A stretch of DNA of 51,301 nucleotides, from the NCBI GenBank assembly GCA_959605275.1, contig CAUHFD010000001.1:1-51301 (forward strand), in the 5' to 3' direction. Positions 35,016-43,068 of the stretch are shown here, one piece after another. The number at the start of each line of letters is the position of its first letter. The first letter of the stretch is position 1. A model generated the notes under the pieces. The model searched no databases, was not told where the DNA came from, and was given only the letters and a program-made list of their open reading frames with translations. Both the position numbers and the translations under genes were made by a program. The DNA comes from an uncultured Eubacteriales bacterium. Its GTDB lineage: Bacteria; Bacillota; Clostridia; Oscillospirales; Ruminococcaceae.

Positions 35016-38000
35016 ATGAAAGTGCGTAAAAAAATTATTGCAGTTTTACTTTCTGTTGCTATGTTGTCAACAACAACCATACATTCATTGTTGTTGGCAG
35101 GCGCAGGCGATGTCCCCGAAAAAACAGCGTATGCAACCTACCGGGTGGAAGATGCAGATGGATTTTCCGAACAGTTTGATTTTGAAAATGCCAATGATGG
35201 AACAGGAGGAAAAAGCGCCTGCGGTAACGCTTTGGGGCGATATTTCATGTTTAAAAACGTGGATTTCGGGGATAACGTTCTTAATGGTGTTGTTTTTGAA
35301 GCAGCGTGTGCTGCCGGTGGTGCAGGTGCGGATGGATATTACAGCCAACTACTTGAAATTCGCATTGATTCTTTGGATGGTCCGATTATTGGTGGATACA
35401 CCTCGAAGAATACCGGCGGATGGCAGAATTGGCAAGACCAGAATGGTTTTATTAATGATAAAATCAGTGGTAAACATGATGTGTATTTTCGTTATTTAAA
35501 CAACGCGGGAAATATTAACCGTGTAAAGTTTACCAGCGGAGAACGCTTTAAATATGCTTATGATTGGTATAATGCAGTAGAGGATGCTGATTCGGAATTA
35601 ACGTATGCGCCGATTATCTCTGGTGCAGAAAATTACGGTCAGTCGGAATATGGAAACAAAAATATTTCTGATGCGGATTATACAGGTCACTCTTTTGCTA
35701 TTAAAGATGTTGATTTTTGCAAGGGCATTTTAGGCGGCGTAGCGGTACGCTATACTACAGCCGCCGGTGGTCCTGACGGTGTTCCGTTGGGACAGCAAAT
35801 GGAAATTTGGATTGATGGTGATTCCACAGATGCGGGAGGCACTCAGATTGGTGCTTTTTACGGTCGTTCGACAGGCGGCTGGACGGATTCATGGAAAACC
35901 ATTAATGGTGTAATTACTGAAGAAGTCGACGGGGTACATACGGTTTATTTTAAATTTTTGAAGCATGATGGTCGTATCAATGCAATTTCTTTTTTGAAAA
36001 AAAATACGACTGTCATAGACCCCTTTGCAGCTCCTTTTAACGCAGTTGATGCGGATATTAACGTAGGACTTGGTTACGAAGGCGATACGAATTTACGCGG
36101 AACCGGTGGTTCTGGTTGGGTTGGTCAGTATTTCGGGTTTGAAAATCTAGATTTTGGAAGAGATGGACTGGGCGCTATCACCATTAGCCAGGCGACACCT
36201 AATGATTTAGATGGCGTATGCATTGAAGTGTACATGGACAGCCCAAATGGTACAAAAATAGGCGAATTTAGTGGATTGAAAACCGGCAACTGGAACAATT
36301 GGCAGGATGCCAATGTTACGGCGCTGACAAAGATTACCGGTGTGCACACTATCTATTTTGTTTTTAAACAGCAGGTAGATTTAAATATTCATACAGTGAA
36401 GTTTACCAAAGCAGAAAAAGTAAATCGCAGTGCCTATAAGCGATTTTATATCTTTAACGAGTGGGACGATCAGCAAGATATGTACAACGAAACCCACTCT
36501 ACCAGTGACGGCGGTACAGAAGCCAATGTAAATGCTAAAACGGCCGGAGCATGGTGGAAATTCGAAGATATTGATTTTGGTGAAAATGAGTTGGGCGGAG
36601 TAACCTTCTCCGAAGCAACCGCTACTGCCGGCGAGGTTGGTACTATGCTGAATACTCGTTTAAGCATTTGGGTAGACGGTAAAAATGCGAATGAAGGCGG
36701 CACAAAAATCGGCAGCTTTGCGCCGAAGCAAACTGGCGGTTGGCACAATTATGAAAATGTGGATGGAAAAATTGTGCAGAGCGTTAGCGGTGTCCATGAT
36801 GTTTATTTTGTTTGTGATGATGGTCAGTATAACCTGACTTGGGTGCAGTTTAAAAAAGGCACTGTGGATGACAATCAAGATCCGGAAGCTGATCTGACGC
36901 AATATGATATCACAGTAAACAGTAATTTTGATGGCTATAATTCGGTGATAGATCGTTCGATGACAGGTGTTGGCGATGATTTACATCCAGCCTATAACTA
37001 TGGTGTATTTTTGATGAAATTGGACGATGGCACCTATCGCGCTTACAGCGGTGGTCGCTGGCGTTCGGAAAAAGGCGATGGAGATCACGTCATTCTGTAT
37101 GCTTCCGATACCGGCAAGGGATATACATGGAATATGGTTGGTGATGGTCCCGTTTTCTGGCAGGGTCAGGAAGAAGGCGTAGCTGATAAATGGTATTCCA
37201 AAAATCAGCTGGAACCGGAAGTAATGAAGTTGCCGGATGGCACCTGGATTATGTACTCTCAGTGTGAAATCGAGGGCGGCACGCCAATCGATGATGTGGC
37301 GGGAACACCTTCGCAAAATGGCATCTGGGCGGATCGTATTCAGTTATTAACCAGCAAAGATGGTATTACTTGGACGCGAAAGACCGATCGTGGTGTAATT
37401 ACCAATATTCCGGAGGCACAAACCACATCGTTCCATCATCAGGAAATGCTTTATGTTCCATGGGATAAAGATGGGAAATGCTATTGGATGTATGTGGCTT
37501 TAGCATATAAAGGTGTAAACCAAGGCTTTATACGTATTCGCTCTTCCAGCTATGATACATTTAATTTTAATGATCGAGAAGCAGTTGGCGGTATGACACA
37601 GTTGGGAAATCAAATCGGATATTTAAAAGAAGCTCCTGGCGGTGTGATTTTTGTTCGTACCACCATGATGGATTCCAATGGTCGCATTGTGCCAGCGTTA
37701 CAGTATTCAGGGGATGGATTAACCTGGAATGCGCCGCAAACGATGTTGAAAGGATCAGAGAATAACGAATTTAACAAGAATTGTTATTTCGTGGGTTTCT
37801 CCACTATTAATGGTACCGGTCAAATTGAGTATCTGGGCAATAATAAATGGGCATTCCTGTACGCCGCAACCACAGCCAACAGTCCGGTGGCCTTAAGCGA
37901 AAATGAAGGTTGGGGCATTTGGAAATCGCAGATTGGCGGCGGTAGTGCCACGCTCACGCTGAGTGTAAAAGATCAGCCGCAAAATCCCAATTACAATCTG

Positions 38001-39182
38001 TATAAAATCAGCACCGGTAAAACAGATGATATTATTTCCACCCTCTTCCCGGTACAAATGCAGGTGGAAGAAGACGCGCAATCTGCTATTATTCATGAGT
38101 GGAGTGTGGATGATACCTCTGTTGCCATTATTGATAATAAAGGCGTGTTGACACCGAAAAAAGCCGGAACCGTTTTAGTTACATTGAAAGCGGACGGCCG
38201 AAGCAAAACTTGCATGATTTCCATCAAAGAAGGAATCCCAACTTTGGAGACAGATGATGTCAGAGTGCTTAAAGGAAGCACGAAGCAAATGACATTCAAG
38301 ATTGCTCTGAAGGATGCAGAGGAAAAATATACTACTACATTGGATGCTTCCAAAGTTGATTGGTCTGTTTCGAATACCGGTCTTGCAACTATCAACGAGA
38401 CAGGATTGGTAACGGCTAAATCAAATGGAAAAGTCAAAGTTGTTGCCGGCTTAAAAGATAATCCTAAGATAAAAGCAGAATTAGAATTAACGATTGTGAA
38501 TGGCTATATCGATATAGAATTACAAAATTCTTCCAACATCGATTCGATTTCTGCTGATATGACCCCACGTATGACGGCAATATCGTATTCCATTGGCAGC
38601 AAAGAAATTGTCTGGAGCGTGGATGAGAAAAAAGCAACTATAAAAGATTTAAACAATGTTGATACACCCGAAAACAATTCTAATATTAAGGTGATGTTTA
38701 AAGACAGCGGAAAAATTGTGTTCCGTGCATCTTTAAAAGATTATCCGGAGGTGTATTCCGAAGTAGTATTTACAGTAATTCCGACAAAGTTGGAATTAAG
38801 TATGGCGTTGGATAATGCAACTTATTTTGATATGAATGATTATACTGCACTTCGATGGAATAACTTGCAAAAGGCAATCAAAGTGGCACGTGCAGTGTAT
38901 GATGATGCGGATGCGACACAAGCTGAAATTAATGAAGCCGTTGCTTTATTGGAACGTGTTGTTTCTGAACTGGAGCTGGCAGATGATGTACAGACGCCGG
39001 CGATTCCGGATCAAATCGGAGGTTCTGCAACAAAACCTGAAAATTCAGAGAAACCAAGTGATCCTTCGATTCCTGATACCTTTAATGATAGTTTGGAAAT
39101 TTTCATGAAATTATTGCTTTTGGGCGCTGCTGCCGCAGTCATTTATAAAACATCCATGAAGAAAAAAAAGTTTGCAGAATAG
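35016..39182 (+). CDS. 1388-aa cell-surface multi-domain protein: 4 CBM6/35-like modules, an Asp-box (BNR-like) beta-propeller putative glycosidase, Ig-like (Big_2) domains, a helical module and a C-terminal TM anchor
   Basis: Signal peptide MKVRKKIIAVLLSVAMLSTTT. CBM6 hallmark TGGWQNWQD / TGGWTDSWK / TGNWNNWQD / TGGWHNYEN. Asp-box SKDGITWT and the related GDGLTW. Big_2-like VDDTSVAIIDNKGVLTPKKAGTVLVTLKA. The C-terminus is LLLLGAAAAVIYKTSMKKKK. Confidence 0.7.
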   Translation: MKVRKKIIAVLLSVAMLSTTTIHSLLLAGAGDVPEKTAYATYRVEDADGFSEQFDFENANDGTGGKSACGNALGRYFMFKNVDFGDNVLNGVVFEAACAAGGAGADGYYSQLLEIRIDSLDGPIIGGYTSKNTGGWQNWQDQNGFINDKISGKHDVYFRYLNNAGNINRVKFTSGERFKYAYDWYNAVEDADSELTYAPIISGAENYGQSEYGNKNISDADYTGHSFAIKDVDFCKGILGGVAVRYTTAAGGPDGVPLGQQMEIWIDGDSTDAGGTQIGAFYGRSTGGWTDSWKTINGVITEEVDGVHTVYFKFLKHDGRINAISFLKKNTTVIDPFAAPFNAVDADINVGLGYEGDTNLRGTGGSGWVGQYFGFENLDFGRDGLGAITISQATPNDLDGVCIEVYMDSPNGTKIGEFSGLKTGNWNNWQDANVTALTKITGVHTIYFVFKQQVDLNIHTVKFTKAEKVNRSAYKRFYIFNEWDDQQDMYNETHSTSDGGTEANVNAKTAGAWWKFEDIDFGENELGGVTFSEATATAGEVGTMLNTRLSIWVDGKNANEGGTKIGSFAPKQTGGWHNYENVDGKIVQSVSGVHDVYFVCDDGQYNLTWVQFKKGTVDDNQDPEADLTQYDITVNSNFDGYNSVIDRSMTGVGDDLHPAYNYGVFLMKLDDGTYRAYSGGRWRSEKGDGDHVILYASDTGKGYTWNMVGDGPVFWQGQEEGVADKWYSKNQLEPEVMKLPDGTWIMYSQCEIEGGTPIDDVAGTPSQNGIWADRIQLLTSKDGITWTRKTDRGVITNIPEAQTTSFHHQEMLYVPWDKDGKCYWMYVALAYKGVNQGFIRIRSSSYDTFNFNDREAVGGMTQLGNQIGYLKEAPGGVIFVRTTMMDSNGRIVPALQYSGDGLTWNAPQTMLKGSENNEFNKNCYFVGFSTINGTGQIEYLGNNKWAFLYAATTANSPVALSENEGWGIWKSQIGGGSATLTLSVKDQPQNPNYNLYKISTGKTDDIISTLFPVQMQVEEDAQSAIIHEWSVDDTSVAIIDNKGVLTPKKAGTVLVTLKADGRSKTCMISIKEGIPTLETDDVRVLKGSTKQMTFKIALKDAEEKYTTTLDASKVDWSVSNTGLATINETGLVTAKSNGKVKVVAGLKDNPKIKAELELTIVNGYIDIELQNSSNIDSISADMTPRMTAISYSIGSKEIVWSVDEKKATIKDLNNVDTPENNSNIKVMFKDSGKIVFRASLKDYPEVYSEVVFTVIPTKLELSMALDNATYFDMNDYTALRWNNLQKAIKVARAVYDDADATQAEINEAVALLERVVSELELADDVQTPAIPDQIGGSATKPENSEKPSDPSIPDTFNDSLEIFMKLLLLGAAAAVIYKTSMKKKKFAE
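35127..36860 (+). repeat. four tandem ~140-aa CBM6-like modules (protein-level repeat)
   Basis: Each module ends with ...HDVYFRYLNNAGNINRVKF / HTVYFKFLKHDGRINAISF / HTIYFVFKQQVDLNIHTVKF / HDVYFVCDDGQYNLTWVQF. The DNA copies are diverged. Confidence 0.6.
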
Positions 39183-39194
39183 GGGGAAACCAGA

Positions 39195-40820
39195 ATGAAA
39201 TTTAGAGGGAAAAGTTGTTTGACAATTATTATTTCATTGTTGATGACAGTTTCTATGGTTGGATGCGGAGGAGGAGGCAACACCTCTTCCGTTGTCAGCA
39301 AAAACAACAATGATTCATCTGTTGAGAGTTCTGCAGACACAGAAGGTGCGAACTCCGGTGATGCATCGCTTAACGGTACGATATCTGAAAATACTTCCGG
39401 TGCCGCAAACAATGAAGCTTCGGATAAAGACACGGCAAATAATAGCGGAACCAATAATGCAGCCACTTCCAGCAAAGCAAATAATGATAAAATACTGGAT
39501 AAGATTCCAGGGGCAGGTACTATTATTAATTCCAAAAATTACGACATGAAGGGAGCTACTGTAAAAATCGGTAAATGGTACGGTTTCCATGAAGCAACCG
39601 GTACCGACGAAACCGCGAAACGGCAAAAAGCAATCAACGAAAAAATCGAAAAAACCTTTAATTGCAAGTTGCAATTTGTTGAAGTAAAATCCGGCTCTGA
39701 TCCTTCTTTGAAGGCATCTATTTTGTCAGGAAAGCCCAAAGTGGATTTCTTTGGCGTTCAAGGAATCGGCACTTTTTATGATTTATATTCCGCCGGATGT
39801 TTAATGCCGTTAGATAGCGTTTCTGGAATGAATATCAAGGATACTTCCAGATTTATTTTGCATGACGAGACAAAATTCAATGGGAAATATTATGGAGTAG
39901 GTCAAAAAGTTTATGGATGGTTAAATTTAAATTTCAATAACATCTTAATGTGTAATTTTGATTTAACAGCACAAGCCGGTTATCCCGCCAGTACTATTTA
40001 TGGTTGGATGAACAGTGGTCAATGGACTTGGGACAAATTTGAGGAAGTCTGCAAGGCTGTTTCCAAAATCAGTGGAAAATATGGCATCAGTGATTTGGAT
40101 CAGAATAAAATGTATGGCTTTGATTTGAGTTATGAACTTTATTCTTCCATGTTATATTCCAATAATACCGACTGGGTTATTAAGAAAAATGACGGTTTTG
40201 TTTTCAACGGTGGGTCTAAAGAAGCACTGGATGTTTTAAATCGATATGCGTCTTGGGCAAATCCCAACACTGGGTTTGTGAAATTTACCAAAACGGCATA
40301 TGACGATTTCCAAAACGGAAAAACAGCTTTTCTGGCGAATATTTATCCGTTGCCGATTATTGCTACATGGGCTTCCGGATCTTATAAAACCGGTGCGTTG
40401 TATTTCCCGAAAGGTCCGAATGCGACCAATTACGTTTCTAAAGCCTATGAATCATTATTTGTTGTTATACCGAAAGGTGTAAGCAACTTTAATGCAATCG
40501 GTGCAATCGCAAATGCGTTTTGCACACCGCTTTATTCCGATGCGGAAAGCCGTACATTGTGTAAAAATGATGTTATGAAGACCGCAAAGCTAACAGAATC
40601 AGTTAATGCAATGATGAAAATGTTTGATGATAAGAGTGCATATTCTTATCCCACGTCGTTATATGGTACAGCGGCCGGGTTAGGTATTGGTGAAAGCAGC
40701 AGTAAACTCGGATGGTTTGATTATGTGCGTAAAGTGGCACAAGGAGAAATGACAGCTCAGTCCGCAATAGATGCCTTTAGTTCGCGTGCAAATAACGTGC
40801 TGGCATCTACTTATAACTAA
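39195..40820 (+). CDS. extracellular solute-binding lipoprotein, sugar ABC transporter (SBP2 of locus B)
   Basis: Lipobox TVSMVGCGGGGN, N/S-rich linker. Paralog of 10325-11815. Confidence 0.75.
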   Translation: MKFRGKSCLTIIISLLMTVSMVGCGGGGNTSSVVSKNNNDSSVESSADTEGANSGDASLNGTISENTSGAANNEASDKDTANNSGTNNAATSSKANNDKILDKIPGAGTIINSKNYDMKGATVKIGKWYGFHEATGTDETAKRQKAINEKIEKTFNCKLQFVEVKSGSDPSLKASILSGKPKVDFFGVQGIGTFYDLYSAGCLMPLDSVSGMNIKDTSRFILHDETKFNGKYYGVGQKVYGWLNLNFNNILMCNFDLTAQAGYPASTIYGWMNSGQWTWDKFEEVCKAVSKISGKYGISDLDQNKMYGFDLSYELYSSMLYSNNTDWVIKKNDGFVFNGGSKEALDVLNRYASWANPNTGFVKFTKTAYDDFQNGKTAFLANIYPLPIIATWASGSYKTGALYFPKGPNATNYVSKAYESLFVVIPKGVSNFNAIGAIANAFCTPLYSDAESRTLCKNDVMKTAKLTESVNAMMKMFDDKSAYSYPTSLYGTAAGLGIGESSSKLGWFDYVRKVAQGEMTAQSAIDAFSSRANNVLASTYN

Positions 40821-40832
40821 TATGTAGATAAA

Positions 40833-40870
40833 GGCAAATCCGGAGAAATCTCCGGATTTGCCGGTGTTTT
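40833..40870 (+). terminator. strong rho-independent terminator/attenuator after the SBP gene
   Basis: GGCAAATCCGGAGA (40833-40846) pairs with TCTCCGGATTTGCC (40849-40862), followed by GGTGTTTTATGTTGTTTT. Confidence 0.75.
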
Positions 40871-40911
40871 ATGTTGTTTTAATTTTGTTTTAAAGGCAAG
40901 GAGTGCTGTAC

Positions 40912-42372
40912 ATGAGAGGACGACAAGGTATTTTGACAGCAGTGATAGCCATATGTTTGACCACTTCGGCTGCTGCTGCCACGCCATATCAAAATTACAC
41001 CTATGATAAAAGTCAAGAACCCCAAGCAGAACCACAGGCTTATGTACCGGTACAAGCTGTTAGCGGCGTGATGGCCGGAACTATCGATTTTTCTGAACCG
41101 CAGGATATTTTTGTTGCTGAAAATTCCAACATTTATATTGCTGATACCGGCAATAATCGAATTGTTGTTTTAAATAAAGAGATGCATTTTGTAGAAGAAA
41201 TCAAAGAATTTCAAAATAATGGGCAGATTGATACCTTTCGAAAACCTTCGGGCGTTTACGTTACAGAGGAAAATGAACTTTATATAGCAGATACAGAAAA
41301 CCAGAGAATAGTTGTGTTACAGGCAAACGGTTCTTTGAAAAAAATTGTCAGAGAGCCGAAAACATTGGATGGAGAACTTCCATATACTTACAATCCGATT
41401 AAAATTGCTGTAGATTTTGCAGACAGGATTTATGTGGTTTCTAAGAATTGCAGTAATGGGATTATTGAATTTGACAGGGACGATTCTTTCCTCGGATATT
41501 ACGGGGCAGTTCAAACACAACCAGATTTAATGTATTTGTTTTGGAAATCTATTGCAACTGAGGCGCAAAAGGCAGCTATGACGTTGACTATTCCTACTGA
41601 ATACAGCAGTCTGGATATTGATGCTAAAAGTTTCATTTACGGAACTGTTAGTGCAATCGATACCGATAATTTTAGTTCGTCTATGTTTATTCATAAGTTG
41701 AACCCGATAGGATCCGATGTTCTCAAGAGAAATGGTTTCGCAGATCCGATGGGAGATGTCAAATACATAAAAGAAAATGAAAATGGGATACCTGACATTT
41801 CTAAATTGTGTGATGTATCTGTGCAGGGCAATGGAGTGTATTCGGTATTGGATTCAAATAAAGGTCGGGTTTTTACCTATAATGATGCCGGAGAGTTGCT
41901 TTATATTTATGGGGGTATCGGTGAAAATTTAGGTACGTTCGGGAATCCGATTGCTATTGATGTTACTGCAGATAAACACAGCCTGGTGTTGGACAGTAAG
42001 TATAACCAAATTGTCGAATTTAAGCCGACAGAATATGCTAAATTGACGCTTCAAGCGATTCAATCTCATGCTGAACGGAAATATGATGATGCAGCAAATT
42101 TTTGGAAAGACGCCTTAAAGTACACTTCTGAATCCAGTGTTGTATTTAAAGAAATCGGTAATGTTTATTATAATCAAGGGTTATATGATAAAGCAATGCA
42201 ATATTACAAATTGGCATATGATAATGTAAGTTACTCGAATGCATACAAATATTGGAGAATGGAGTTCCTTTCCAAAAATTTCGGTATATTTATGACTTCT
42301 CTGATAGTGATTATCGGGATATTGATTGTGATTAAGGTCATCTTTAGAAAAAGAGCAAAAGAAAGGCTGTGA
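40912..42372 (+). CDS. extracytoplasmic NHL-repeat beta-propeller/TPR protein with C-terminal TM anchor (triad member 1, copy B)
   Basis: AAGGAG SD 8 nt upstream of ATG 40912. IYIADTGNNRIVVLN, LYIADTENQRIVVLQ. YDKAMQYYKLA is followed by the TM helix IFMTSLIVIIGILIVIKVIF. Confidence 0.75.
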   Translation: MRGRQGILTAVIAICLTTSAAAATPYQNYTYDKSQEPQAEPQAYVPVQAVSGVMAGTIDFSEPQDIFVAENSNIYIADTGNNRIVVLNKEMHFVEEIKEFQNNGQIDTFRKPSGVYVTEENELYIADTENQRIVVLQANGSLKKIVREPKTLDGELPYTYNPIKIAVDFADRIYVVSKNCSNGIIEFDRDDSFLGYYGAVQTQPDLMYLFWKSIATEAQKAAMTLTIPTEYSSLDIDAKSFIYGTVSAIDTDNFSSSMFIHKLNPIGSDVLKRNGFADPMGDVKYIKENENGIPDISKLCDVSVQGNGVYSVLDSNKGRVFTYNDAGELLYIYGGIGENLGTFGNPIAIDVTADKHSLVLDSKYNQIVEFKPTEYAKLTLQAIQSHAERKYDDAANFWKDALKYTSESSVVFKEIGNVYYNQGLYDKAMQYYKLAYDNVSYSNAYKYWRMEFLSKNFGIFMTSLIVIIGILIVIKVIFRKRAKERL

Positions 42373-43019
42373 TAAAATTGGTGAGTGATTTTCAGTTGAA
42401 ATCAAGTCTGAAAATGGCAATCTATACTATTTTTCATCCATTTAATGGTTTTTGGGATTTGAAACATGAAAAAAAGGGAAGCTTTTTAAAAGCAAATATC
42501 ATCTTGATTATGTTGATTATCACCTTTACATTGCGCAGCCAGTTTACGGGGTTTGTATTAGACATGTCGGAGCCGACAGATTTTAATTTGTTCTATCAAA
42601 TTACCAGCCTTGTGTTGCCTTTCTTGATATGGTGTATCGCTAATTGGTGTATTACAACACTTGTTGATGGAGAAGGAAATTTTCGAGATATTTATATTAC
42701 TACTGCATATGCGTTGATTCCATTGATTTTGTTCAATATTCCGATGGTGATCATCAGTAATATCATTACCATCGAAGAAAGCGCGTTTTATTCGATTCTT
42801 GATACAGCGTCAATCATATGGTCTGCATTTTTACTATTTTCCGGAATTTTGACCATTCATCAATTTTCAGTAAAAAAGACGTTGTTAACGATAGTCATCG
42901 CTGTACTTGGAATGATGATTATGATTTTTATTTTGCTTTTGTTTTTTACGTTGGTTCAAAATATGTTTAATTTTTGTCGATTGATTTGGGCTGAAATCAG
43001 TATTCGCCTCGGCTCTTGA
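42369..43019 (+). CDS. Yip1-family multipass membrane protein (triad member 2, copy B)
   Basis: GTGA overlap with the upstream stop; alternative starts are TTG 42378 and GTG 42381. FHPFNGFWDLKHEKKGS...WCIANWCITTLVDGEGNFRDIY. Confidence 0.7.
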   Translation: MIKLVSDFQLKSSLKMAIYTIFHPFNGFWDLKHEKKGSFLKANIILIMLIITFTLRSQFTGFVLDMSEPTDFNLFYQITSLVLPFLIWCIANWCITTLVDGEGNFRDIYITTAYALIPLILFNIPMVIISNIITIEESAFYSILDTASIIWSAFLLFSGILTIHQFSVKKTLLTIVIAVLGMMIMIFILLLFFTLVQNMFNFCRLIWAEISIRLGS

Positions 43020-43068
43020 TGAACCGCTATGATTATGAAATTGCAAAAAAGAAAGGATCGATCGCGGT

